Of a DNA stretch of 64,000 nt, positions 25,038 to 37,249 are shown piece by piece. The first letter of the stretch is position 1; every line of letters begins with the position of its first letter. Origin of the DNA: Lama glama. Its lineage: Eukaryota. The notes under the pieces were generated by a model. That model ran no database searches, was not told the DNA's origin, and worked only from the letters and a program-made list of their open reading frames with translations. The stretch spans positions 6,822,001 to 6,886,000 of the forward strand of contig CM052817.1 in NCBI GenBank assembly GCA_028534125.1, in the 5' to 3' direction. The position numbers were made by a program, and so were the translations under genes.

Positions 25038-26329
25038 TGGGCAACATTATCTTACCTTAGGTGCAAAAGTAGACTTGCTGTCCTTTACCTGGTCTGACCG
25101 CTATAGATTACAGAATCTGGACCTGAAATTTTACTTTCATATCATTCAGCCCAGTGCAGATGTCTATGACATATCTAGGGTTTTGTGAACACACTGACAG
25201 AGATCAATTGAGAAAGCCGTAACTATAGACTGAGAATTTTATCCTATGCATTTAACCTGAGCATCATCACAGGCACCACATTTTATGCAGTATAATCTTG
25301 GAATTCTGACATCAACTTGTATTTTGTTTCTTCCTTAGCTCAGTGTGGCTTTGAGAGTTGCATTTTCTCTGCACTGACAGAACGTTTCTCCTTTCATCAT
25401 TCCAGGTATGTTTATTTATTTCCATGTGCTCTGGGCTTCTCTGTACTTGAGATGGTCCCCTGTTTATTGCAGGGCTCTTCATTATACTGGTTACAGGAAG
25501 CATCCCATTTCTGCTTATTTGGTTATTACAGTTCCTGTTACAAAAGCACGCTTTGTCAGCTGCTCATCTGCAGCGTTAGTCCACCAATACGCTCTTTGCT
25601 GATTGCTCGATACACTGAAGTGGTCAGCCCTCCCTGTGTGTCCCTTGCTCACCCCCTGGGCTTTGATCCTCTTTGGGGATGAGAGTGAGGAGCAAGGGCT
25701 GCTCTTTATGATTGGACATCTACTTGCCAAATTGAGTTTAAGTGGAAAGCAGATTGCCTTTTGCTTAGAGACACAGGCACCGTAGCACAATGTAACACTC
25801 TCCAACACTCATTCTGGCTAAAGCAGACCAGGGTTTTACTCAGAATCCATTTCAGCACCAGTGAGGTGTGGGCACAAAAGCCCCAACATTCATCACATGC
25901 TTACTGAACCAATCACAAACTTCTGAAGGACGCAGGAGACCAGTGAGCGACAAGGGGGAGCTGCAGGTCATCTTTAGGTAAGATGTTTTTAAAAAGCTGA
26001 TTTTCCAAAGACTGCAAAGGTACAGAGCTTCAGAAAACATGGGGGAAATCCCCACAGTGTTTTTTGCATCCTCAAAAATTGATGATCCTCTGCAAAGTCA
26101 AATATTTAGTGTTTTCTTATGAATAGGATGGTGGTGGAGAGGCAATGATTTTAACACAGATTATACCTGAGCTCCGTAGACTTAGATAAATGGAAAGAAA
26201 GCTGTTTTGTGTGTTTTCTCTGGGCCGTTTTTTCTCCTCCTTTCTGTCCTTAATTTAACCTGGCAGCACTCCTTGAAGGTGTGGTAAGTGATAAAGTGTG
26301 AGAGTCTGTTTCGGCTGGCTTGCCAAGTG

Positions 26330-26560
26330 ATTTGAAAGCCTTCTTAAGGATTTTGAATACCATCTTGAAGGGTAACTGGTAGACACTGACAGGTTTTAGG
26401 CAGTAAATTGCTTTGTCCAATTTACAATTTAAAAGCTACCTCTGGCTACAGTGCAGTGGATGGGTTGGAGTTTGCTGAAACAAAAAGCAAGAAGATTCTG
26501 GAACCCGCTGCCACTGTCTCTAAGAACCATAATAACTGAACTGGGACACAGGGACCCTGT
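26330..26560 (-). mobile_element. L2 fragment
   Basis: ttaaggattttgaa...cactgacaggttttaggcag...tttaaaagctacctctggctacagtg. Confidence 0.65.
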
Positions 26561-27769
26561 GAAGAGTGTGGAGAGGGAGATCGGGTTCTAGGAAAACCGT
26601 CCTCAATGTAGCTTTTGAGCACCTCTCTTGGTCTGGCCTCTGATTAGTATGTGTGCTTCCGTCGAACCCCTTACCCTCTGAACCCCTAACACTCCAAGGC
26701 AGGGAGGGGTATAGAGAAAACCAAAATCATGCTGAGTCTTTGCTTGGCCGGGGGAACTCAGTTCAGATATCCGTTGCCTCTCACCTTCAGATTACTAAGA
26801 CTCAGAGCGTGTAAGGGAAGCATGCAAGCACACGCCCTGTCAGCGCTCAAGTCCACTTGCATTGTGAGTTAATTATGGAACCTGCCGGCAGGATGGTTGG
26901 AGCCGAGGCTGGGGGCACTGGCTTCTCCTGCCAATTCCTAGGTTTGGCTGTTCCTCTAGGATGCTGCACCTCCTTTTCCCTAACGGTCATTGGAAGTCTG
27001 TGACAGAATAGGAGGAGGGCAGGGCAGGAACTGAGTCACTTTTCCGATGAAGGCTAAAGCATCTGTTGGAATTTATAGACCTGCGTAGTTGTTAGAGGTA
27101 GGGGTGAGCTGTGGAATCCAGGGTGGCAAGTGCCTGTTGATTCTGAATAATGACTGGGAGGCTCACCTCACAGAATGCTACTTCAAAGACAGCCAAGAGC
27201 TTCTGGTTTCTAAACCCCACGGTCTTGCGTAATGCACATATTTGCTTCATGTGTTTCAACTGCGCATGCTGCCACATAATGACACTATAATATGGATGAT
27301 GCTGGTAATACTGGTAATGGAACGGGAGGGAGATGGAATTTGAGAAGAGTGCAGGTAATCTCTCCCCCCATTGTCTGCTCCTCTGAATACTTCCTTGAAT
27401 TCACAGAACGTGGGAGATAGGAATGTGCTGTTGCCTCAACTGAGACTGAGTCTGATTCTTACATTAAATATTCATATTTTTCCTACCTCATGTTCCGTAG
27501 AAGCAAGTCAACAATGTCTTCTGTGCTCAAGAGAAGAAGAAGAAGCAATCTGTTCACTGGAGGGAAATCTGGGCTGTGTTAGATGAATGAGAAATAATAG
27601 TGCTAGTCTTTAACTTTGGACTTTCCCAAAGGATTTTTGGAGGATGATTTGGACTTAATTTAAATTTAAGCGTTGAGTTCAGACCTGACTGTTATTAAGA
27701 GCAGATTAACAGCCTGCTTCAGACATGTGGGATGCCCTTGCAGTCCAGTGCTACAATGGGTGGTCGTGA

Positions 27770-27890
27770 ACTCTAATTAAAGCAGACAATATCATTTCCA
27801 GTTTGCAGATGAGAATAACAAGATTCAGGGAAGTAAGGGAATTATCAACCGATTAATCATTGTCAAAACTAGGATCATGACTGAGATCTC
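27770..27890 (-). mobile_element. MIR
   Basis: tttccagtttgcagatgagaataacaagattcagggaagtaaggga. Confidence 0.6.
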
Positions 27891-28159
27891 ACGGAAGTAC
27901 TGTGCGCTCCCCGTTTGGTGATCTGCGCTAGGATTGTGCTCTGGTCCTGGAGGTTTTATCCTCCACTTGAATGGGTTCTGCTTGGGCTCCTGTCTTCCAG
28001 GGGCACGTTATTCCCAGGAAAACCAGCCTGCAAAGCCCCTGCACGCTGACTCTTACGTAAATGTCTATAGAATAGTTCTCCCACAGAAAGCTAAAGCCCC
28101 GCTTCAGAGACCAGTTCCATGAAGTCAGAGCAGCAAGGCTTATAAAAAAGAAGAGCTAA

Positions 28160-28350
28160 GCAGCCAGGTCTGGTCTGGTCCCAGTTCTGTCTCTGGTTAG
28201 CTTATGTGATCCTAAGGAATTCCTCTGCTTCAGTGTTCTCCTTGCTATATGGGGAAATGAAATCTCCTTGGCCTAGAAGACAAATGGGTGTGAAACCTGA
28301 ATGAGAAAGCACACCTGAGCATGTTTCTTAAGTGTGAGGTGTTGTAAAGG
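28160..28350 (+). mobile_element. MIR
   Basis: cccagttctgtctctggttagcttatgtgatcct...cttcagtgttctccttgctatatgggga. Confidence 0.55.
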
Positions 28351-28558
28351 GTAAGATCTAGACATGAGTAAGGGGCAAGCCACACAGGGTCTCCTCTTTC
28401 CCATCTGGGCAGTTTTTCCACCCATGGAGGGTGACTTTCACTTCTCCACTTCCTTCCTCAGAGTTCCATGCCCCAGTATCAGAAAGAAGCCACAGGTGGG
28501 CCCCCACTGACCCTCAGAACCCACTTATGGAAATTACTGGCCCCAATTTAGAACCCTG

Positions 28559-28700
28559 TCATTCATTCATTCATTCATCCATCCATCCATCATATATTTA
28601 GAGAAAACTTAGTCTATAAAGAACTGGGGATATGCAATTGGAAAACAAGGGCTCTCCCTCACAGGATGTGGTCCAGTAGGAAAAGTCTGCATGTAAATAA
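28559..28700 (-). mobile_element. L2 3' end with (CATT)/(CATC) tail
   Basis: cattcattcattcattcatccatccatccatcatatatttagag...ctggggatatgcaa. Confidence 0.65.
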
Positions 28701-28959
28701 GCTACTTCAGAAGAGTTTAATATGTGTGTCTGTGGGTGGGTGCAGACACTGCAGTACAGACTTCATGAGATGATGGGACAGAGCCAACCAAAATGGCAGG
28801 AGTTTCCTAAGAAGGCCACCCTTCTACAGAATCTTCTGGAGAAATAGATTAGTCCAGACAGCAGAAGGGAAATTAGTCCTAGGAGAACACACCCCTCCTG
28901 CCTCTGGAGGAGCAGTGGCCACGCCTCGGCAGCAGGTAGGAGTTTTCCGTGCACTATGA

Positions 28960-29130
28960 CCTTGCACTCTCACAGGCGCTCCAGGATGTAGTATTGTATC
29001 CACTGTTTACAGGAAACCGAGCCAGATGTGCATTCTGGTAAAGTGGCTTTACTGGATCACTCAGCTGGTGAATGGCCAGGATTCATCACCAGGCCTTTCT
29101 GGAGTTGAAGGCCATGTCATTAACCACTAC
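28960..29130 (-). mobile_element. MIR
   Basis: tatccactgtttacaggaaaccgag...gatcactcagctggtgaatggccaggattca. Confidence 0.6.
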
Positions 29131-29318
29131 AATTCAAAGCTTCCACGTGGAGGGAGCCTCCGACAGTGTCCTGTTTAGAATCCCGTTGTTAAAAAGTGGG
29201 TAAGCTGCAAATCATACCGAGTTCTATCTGGTTCCAGATCTTGTGCCCTTAATCCTCCACTGTTCTGGAAATATATGTGTGAATGCCAAAATTTAAGAGT
29301 GATCTCTTTGGAGATCAT

Positions 29319-29790
29319 TCTATTAGTTTGTTAGGGTTGTCATAACTAAGTACCACCAACCTGGTGGCTTCAACAACAGAAAAGTACCATCTCACAGTTC
29401 TTGAGGTCAGAAGTCTGGCATCAAGGTGGCAGCAGGGTTGGTTCCTTTGGAGAGCTAGGAAAAAGGAGCTTTCCGGGCGTCTCTCCTGGCTCCTGGTGCT
29501 TTACTGGCCATCTTCGGCATTCCTAGGCTGCAGGGCACCACCTGATCTCTGCCTTCATCTTCACAAGGCGTCCTCCCAGTGTGTGTGTCTGTGTGTCCAA
29601 ATCTCTCCTTTTTAATACTTCGAAGGACACCGATCATGTTGGATGTGAAGCCCACCTTACTCCAGTATCAGCTCATTTTGGCTAATAGCATCTGTAATGA
29701 CCCTATTTCCAAATACAGTCACATTCTGAGATACTAGCAGGTAGCCCCTCAACATACGAATTTTGTAGGGACACGATTCAACCCACAATA
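29319..29790 (-). mobile_element. MaLR solo LTR (MLT1C-like), full length
   Basis: tattagtttgttagggttgtcataactaagtaccac ... ccctatttccaaatacagtcacattctgag ... gacacgattcaacccacaata. Confidence 0.9.
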
Positions 29791-31267
29791 GTCTTCCAGC
29801 ACTGCTGAGGCTCCTGCTACTAGCGGAGAAGTTGCAGGAAATGTGTTTAGAGAGACAGACAAGGGAGAATGATGGAGAGCTTATTCTCAGCTTGCCAAGA
29901 GTTTGTTCCCTTTGGAGAGAGAAGCTGCCAGCCACAGACAGCTCTGTTGCTGCTGCTTCTGCTGTAGTAAAGGTGCTGCCTTTAAGCCGAATAACAGCCT
30001 TGTTTGTGCCTCCATGAGGACACAGGCAGGAGAACTTGACTGACAGCGATTATGAGGAATCGACTAAGCAAGGATCTGGCTGCAGCATCCTCTCCCTCTG
30101 CATCAAGGATGCTCAGGGGAACACCGCTCCAGGAACCTGCTCACCAGGCCCAGCCCTGAATCATTCATTAGCAGGTGTCTCCACCCCAGCTTGCAAAACA
30201 CAAGTGTCTTGAGTGAGCGAGAACTCCCTGCCGAGAAGTGGTGTGGAGCCTCCAGGAAAGTGCCTGTGAGACAGGCATGGATCAGGTTCAGGCTTGGGGG
30301 CAAAGAGAATTCATGAGCTTCAGTTGGAATGACACCCCGGGTTTCCCTTGTCAGGACAGCACCCCGCATTACCCATCAGCGTCTGCCTCCCACAGAAGGT
30401 CTCGCTTCCAAGCTGGACTCTGGTCCCTACCATCATCTTCCCAGCAGCCTCACAGCTCTCTTTTGCAGATGGTTACATACTGGGGCTAATTTTAGGTATT
30501 ACCAACCTGGCGTTTATTTTGAGTCTCAGACGCGTACATTTAGGTCTGCAGAAAAGCGCAAACTGCAGGGCTGTGTCTGTGTATGTGTGTGTGAAACTCA
30601 TCAGCCCTCTTTAATAACTCTGAAGATGAGGTTTTTTCCAGAATGTTTTCAATGGATCCCTAATTTTGTACCAGAAATCAAATGGAAATTTAAACCAAAA
30701 GAACGTACAGATAAACAGCAGAACTTGCCTCCTTTTCACCCCGTTTCTTCTGCTGGTGACTGTTCAATTGTGATTTTTTTTAATACTACCTTTTCTTCTT
30801 TTCATTTTCTTTTCTTTTTTTTTTTTTTGGCCAGACTTCAACTTCTGAAGCTTTATTTTCAGTCATTGTAAGGGACAGCATTGATTGAGCATGCTATGTT
30901 CTAACCTGGGTAGCAATTCTGTAGGTTAGCTCAATTTCAGAGAAATTAGTAAACTGGCTCATGGAAGTGATTTATTTTGCCCACTTCACAGGGGGGTGGC
31001 AGGGCAGATATCAGTGCTGTATCCTTGGGGGGCTCCATGGTCATACACAGTCTGTTTTAAGGTCCTCCCTGACGGAGGCTCGTGAATGAGCCTGATGTGC
31101 AGAGTTGAGTAAACATATGGAATCTTCAGGACAACCAGCGGGGTTCAAATAGACTCCTCAGCCCCCATGGACCAAAATTTGTCAGGCAGCGCCCTGGAAA
31201 GGGGAGTTTTCTGCACACACTCCCCAAGATGGTGGTGGCTGTAAGGCTGTGAAATACTGACATAGCG

Positions 31268-31455
31268 GAGTGATCGGTAGACTTGAAGTCGGAAAGCCCG
31301 GATGTCAGCTGTGGCTGTGTCATTGGTTGTGTGTTTTTAAGCATGAGTGTTAATCTCTGGGTCTCACGTCTGCTGTTGTAAAATGAGAACAAAAACTGTT
31401 TCGTTGTAAGGATAACACGAGATCAAATTTCTGAAAGCATTTTACAACCTATGAT
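31268..31455 (+). mobile_element. MIR
   Basis: ttaatctctgggtctcacgtctgctgttgtaaaatgaga...gttgtaaggataa. Confidence 0.6.
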
Positions 31456-32112
31456 CAAATACACATGACAGTTGTTCGTGTTTCTGAGAAGTCAGACCTG
31501 GAGCGAACTCTTGCTTGGATCACCTATTCCTCAGCGCCCCCAACCCCCGCCATAAGTTCTGCCATTTCCAGGAAGTGTTCAAAAAGAGGAAAAATCTTGG
31601 CTTAAAAGTGGAGTAAGAATAACAGCTATGGATGGCTTGATTCTGGATTCAAAAGTAATTTATTTGTTTTGGTTCCATAATTTATATCCTTACTATTTTC
31701 CTCAGTGCTTTAGCAAAGAGTTTATCACACTCAGAATCAGTCCACATGCACTTTGAGTGTGTTTCAAATATCCATCAAAACAAATAGAACCAAGTCAACA
31801 ATTTTTTTTTTCCTAATGCTGCTGCCTACCACAGCATCATTAACTGTAGTCACATTTAACCTTCAAACCTCAGGCCCAGGGGCTCATGATTCCTGAGTCA
31901 ATCTTCGCAAAGCCTGGAGTTACAGCAGGATCCTGGCTAGGCTGGGTTTCGAATTAGCTGTCCTAAATCAAGAGATGTGGTGTTAATTTTCACAACTATG
32001 GCTTCAAATACCCAGAATGAGTCCTACCTCCCTGAGCCCATCTCCCCGCATCCCTCCAAATGAACTTGACCTCTCCTTTGGGTTTCTTGATTTGCCTTTC
32101 TCTTTTCCCCCC

Positions 32113-32828
32113 TATTTATTGAGATACAATTTACATACAACATTATATTAGTTTAAGATGTACAACATAATGATTGACCTGTCTATCTATCTATCTCTGT
32201 AATGAAACGGTTACTACAACAAGTTCAGTTAACATCCATCACCTCAATATTTACAATTTATTTTCTTTTGTATTGAGAAGTTTTAAGGTCAACTCTCTTA
32301 GCAACTTTCAAATGCACAATACAGTATTGTTAACTACAGTAACCATGCTATACACAACGTCTCCAGAACTTATTTATCTTATAACTGGAAATTTGTAACT
32401 TTTGACCACCTTTGCTCATTTCTCCATCCCCCTACCTCTGGCAACCACCAATCTTTTCTGTGTTTCTATGTAGTTTGTTTCTTCCTAGATTCCACATATA
32501 AATGATGTCATATAGCACTTGTCTTTCTCTATTTCTTTCACTTAGTGTCATGACCTCACAGTCCATCCATAGTGTTGAAAATGGCAGTATTTCCTTCTTT
32601 TTGGCTAAATAATATTCCATTATCTCTATATGGCACATGTACTTTATCCATTCATTCACTGATGAACCACTAGGTCGTTTCCATGTCCTGGCTACTGTAA
32701 ATAATGTTGCTATGAACATGGAGTGCTGCTACCTCTTCAAGATAGGGATTTTGTTTCCTTCAGATAAATACCCAGAAGTGGATTTGCTGGATCGTATGCT
32801 GGTTCTATTTTCAGTCGTTCATGGTGGT
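32113..32828 (-). mobile_element. L1MA9-like 3' end
   Basis: tttattgagatacaatttacatacaacattatattagttt...gataaatacccagaagtgga; antisense ORF MFIATLFTVARTWKRP is the L1 ORF2 C-terminus. Confidence 0.9.
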
Positions 32829-33149
32829 TAGGATTTACCTTTCAAGTTTTGCTTGAGTATAATCTTGGCTGTGACTCAGACCTCCAGTCTACATCTCATA
32901 TCCCCCCTTATCTGGGGCTCCATATCCCTTCCTGTAACCCTTGGCATGCCCTTAGATAAGGAACCATTATCCAAATGGAATATGCCACTTTGAGCAGGAA
33001 CCAGTCTTATCTTGATCACCACTTTCCAGGCACTTTCCCTGATTTGAACTTTTTAAGATTCTTGACTGTTGCTCTTCATTGGATCCCGCCTCCTTCCTTT
33101 GACTCGTGGATCTAGGTTCAGAAATGCTTCTGTTTTCTGTGTCATCACT

Positions 33150-33635
33150 ATTTTTCCTCTCTCCTGGACCATCCATATCAAGACAGGTGCATGCGGTAAC
33201 TATCAGAAAACAAGACAAATTCTTTGATAGGACTTCTGTCCACCATCTCATTTCACTGTGATTGTTTACAGTAAAACTCTTGAAAAATGTTGTCTTTACC
33301 CACTCCCCATTTTTACTTCTCCTTTTTTCTTTTCTTGAACCCACTCTTAACCCATCATGTCATGAAACTGTTCTTGTCAGTCTCTACCCGATGACCTCCC
33401 TACTGCAAAATCCATCCGTGAATACTCAGGTCCCTCCTCACATGCCCTATCAGTGGCACGATACAAGGGTCTACCTCACCTTGGACTGTTTTGTTCTTCA
33501 TTTGGTTTTCTAGAGTCCACTCTGTTACTTCTCCTCCTCATTCTTCCCTGCTAGTTCTTTTGCACCCTTCCCATCTCTAAACACTTGGAGGGTTAGACCT
33601 GGTACCTCTATCTCTCTGCTTCTCTCCCTTGTCTC
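33150..33635 (+). mobile_element. L2 internal (RT-region) fragment
   Basis: aaaactcttgaaaaatgttgtct...tgaaactgttcttgtca...atgacctccctactgcaaaatcca. Confidence 0.7.
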
Positions 33636-33651
33636 TCTGCCTCCAAGTCAG

Positions 33652-35050
33652 ATTTATTGTGCTATAATTTGGAAGAAGTCAGCCTCTCCCTTTTCTGGTG
33701 TTTGGTTCTGTGAAATTTGACAAACACAGATATGCATGTGACCACCACCACAATTGAGATTAGCACGTTTCTATCACCCGGAAGTTTCCCTTACCCCTTT
33801 GCAGTCTTCATCTTCTTCATCTCTCCAAGCCCACAGGAGGAACAGATTCATCTTTTGTGTTAATGGCTTTCCCTTCTCCAGGATGTCATATAAACAGAAT
33901 CACACAATATGTAGCTTTCTGAGTCTGGCTTCTCCTATTAGTATGATGAATTTGAGATGCAACCACATTGTTGCACGTATGTATTTTATTGCTAAGTCCT
34001 ATTAGATTGTGTAGCTTTACCATAGTTTATCTATTCACCATTTGGAAGACATTCAGATTATTTGCCACTTTTGTTAATCATGAATAAACATCCACATACA
34101 GATCTTTGTTTGACATATATTTTCATTTGTCCTGGGTAAATGCCTATAAGTAGGATTACTGTGTCATATTGTAAGTGCACGTTTAACAATATAAGACACT
34201 GCCAAATGGACTTCCAAAGTCACTGTGAAATTTTTCATTAATATCAGCCACAAATGACAGTTCAGTTTGCTCTATATTTTTGCCAGCACTGGGTATTGCC
34301 AATCTATTTCTTACTGTAATTGAGGTGTGGTGGTGACTTAAGGTTGCAAAGATTTTCTCTGATGTTTCTTTGAAAAGTTTCATAGCTTTAAGTTTTATAT
34401 TTATGTTTATAATTAATTGAGCTTTTTTTTCTATATAGTGTGAGTTATGGGAAGAGGATTTTTTTCTCCTGTTAGCTTCAGTTTTAGTAGTAGCGCATTC
34501 AGTCTTACACCATGAAGAATAATGTTAGCTGTAGGTTGCTTATAGGTGACCTTTATCAGATTGATAAAGTGGACTTTAATTTCTAGTTTGTTTGAAGGTT
34601 TCAACATAAATGGAGTTTGAAGTATTCAACATAAATGTTGACTTTGATGAAATGATTTGTCTGCATCTTTTGAGACAATCACAGTGTTTTTCTTATTTAG
34701 CCTGTTGATACAGTGAATCACGTTGATTGATTGTTAATTACTGAACTAAGCTTAGATTTCTGAGGTATAACCATCTAGGTCATCATACATTATCCTTTTT
34801 ATATATTGCTGGATTTGATTTCATAGCATTTGATTGAGAATTTTTCCATATAAGTATTAGGGATAAAGGTCTGTGAGTTTTTTTTAATGTCTTTGTCTGG
34901 TTTGGTTTATAGGGTGACACTGAACTCATTGATCAAGTTGGGCATTGTTTATTATTTTGTTTTCTGGAATACTCAGCATACAGTTGGTAGCATTAATTCC
35001 TTAAATGTTTGGTAGATTTGCCAGTTAAGTCATCTGAAAATGGGAATTAA
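33652..35050 (-). mobile_element. Old L1 (L1MB/MD-like) 3' UTR and ORF2 pieces
   Basis: gtgaccaccaccacaattgagat...; atgttagctgtaggtt...; atattgctggatttgattt are antisense L1 motifs. Confidence 0.8.
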
Positions 35051-35139
35051 AAAAAAAGCAAATCTTACTTGCTATATAGCTCAAATAAACATAACTTCAG
35101 AACTGAAAATTCTCATCATGACTGTCTTGATCTAGGTTT

Positions 35140-35335
35140 TTTGGCCAATCCTGAAATCACTGCTATGAGCTTGTGGGTACACTCACTGGCTTAGGTGCAG
35201 GAAACATCTTTCTCCCTGTAACTGAGCCAGTCTCACTTAAAAGACTGAGACTGGGAAAAGAAATTTCCTTCGATGGGAAATAGGGCATACTTCCCTGAGG
35301 ATGGGTGAGTGGATGCTGAGTGGTACAAAGTTTCC
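35140..35335 (-). mobile_element. Old MaLR LTR fragment (MLT1J/K-like)
   Basis: cactcactggcttagg...gggaaatagggc...gagtggatgctgagtgg. Confidence 0.4.
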
Positions 35336-37249
35336 ATAAATTACCAACTACTTTTCTGCCAGAGCTGCAGAAATGGGGGCCAGTGTGTGGCAGTCACAGA
35401 GATAAGCTTATTCTTTTAAGTAGAAGAAAAACTTGATAGCAACGAGAATGATTCAAGGAAAGACTCGAAAGTGGAGAGCTCTTTACCTCTAATGGCACTG
35501 ATAGAACAGATGGATGGTTACCTTCAGAGGTACAATGGATTAAATCATAGAAAGAGCGTATTTTCATTTCAACCAGATTCCATCACAAACCATAATTTCT
35601 AGATTCTGTCATTCAGAGATATCCCAGGTCAATATAAGATTACTCAGTAAAGGAACTGTCTGGTCAAGAACTCTTGTGAATATTCAGAAATGAGGCCATT
35701 TTAGAGTAAGGTAGGCAGAGAACGACATTGGAAATGAGACTCATTCTGGGTCTGGCAGTAGGTGTCGACGCTGGAAGTAGGAGCAAACAGTAGCAGAGGG
35801 AGGGAACACTAAACATATAATGAAAAGGTGACCAAAATTGCTTGGTACTTAGCACAATGCCTGACAATTTGTAGATACCAAAAGATGAGTTTCAACAATA
35901 TTAAGAATAATGATGTGACTGAATGAACATGTGTGTGGGGACCATAAATAAATGCATTTGGCTGAGGTTCAGAGGTTTGTATTAGAAGCAAATTATTGGG
36001 AGAAAAATATGTTAATGCTAAATTGGAGAAGTCCTTGAATGGCATGCTAATTAATCTCTTTAAATGTTTCAGTTATCTGTGGGCAAGAAAAAGGCAGTAA
36101 TTGCGTGGAAGTTTTACTGGTAAGGCAATATTTTGATATTCGTATATGTATCCCAGAATTTCTTAATACGGTATTTGTGTTCATTGATTAAAGTTTCTGA
36201 CTCCACTCTCCCCTCTGCAGTAGCATCCAAGGCATTTGAATGACTTTTTTTTTTTAATTTTAAAGTCTAAACATATTGGCAATCCACTTTTACTTTGAAT
36301 TTTAGTTCTTGTCTATTCTCAGAATTATTTTTGAGATTTTGTTTGTTGCCATTTCTCTGACAGAAAAATGGAAAAAAACTCCCTGTGGTCGCAGTATCTA
36401 AATTTTCTTGTTAGTAGTAACTCAGTTTTCTTCCAAGTTTCCTTGTCCTAAATTTCCTCCTTTAAATTTCCTTGTTAATATGAAACTCTATTCTTTGTGG
36501 GCTAGAATATATGTACTGTAATAATCCATTGAGTTATCTTGGTTTTAAGTTTTATCTTATTTTAACTTGGTTTAACTTTTATCTTGGTTATAAGTTTTTC
36601 TTATTTTTCTTTCTGATGTCCTTACACACCATTTTTATAGAAATTCTATGACAAAGTTCATCTTATATCATTTTATGAGCTTACTTTTTTCTACTTATCT
36701 CTGAATTTTTAATAAGTTTTAAACAGGACATCTACAAAATTAAAATAGAATATTAAAAATATTTTGATAGGAAAACATTGGATTGGTAATTAGACAAATT
36801 GGGTTCTTGTACTTTGCCATGGACTGGCTGAATGACTTTGGTCAAATCTCTATTTCTGTGTACAATTCAATTGTCTCTTTTGCAACATGAGAAGATGGAT
36901 TTAAAAAAATAGCATCAAGAACTTATTTTTTTATTCAATGTGTCTCATGGTATTTACTGTGATAGAGTTATAAAGTGTTAAAAAGATTTGTGGTTAAGAT
37001 ATTGCAGTTAACTTTGGACACATTGAATTTTGTGTGACCACTATAGGTTTTTAGAAGTGCCTTCCAAAACCTTAGGAGGTGGGTCTTGGGAGGACATACA
37101 AAGAAAGAACAGAACATCTTAAATATCTCACTCCAATGATATTTATCTAAGTGTTAGTGTCAAAGAGTTTGACGGGTACCTAACATTCTTCCCTTTATAA
37201 GTGACTTGGTCTTTTTATTCAGATGCCAAAGTCCCCCCCCTTTTTTTTT

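Noticed and set aside
25851..25870. REST/RE1-like ttcagcacca
   Set aside because: Only the left half-site is present; the right half (ggacagcgcc) is absent.
30835..30867. 33-nt exon-like segment after a long pyrimidine tract
   Set aside because: Weak donor (ATT|gtaagg), and the tract is a simple T-rich repeat.
30329..30871. Longest gap-free ORF (180 aa)
   Set aside because: Runs through (GT)n and poly-T (CVCVC, FFFFF) and has no recognisable domain; a chance ORF.
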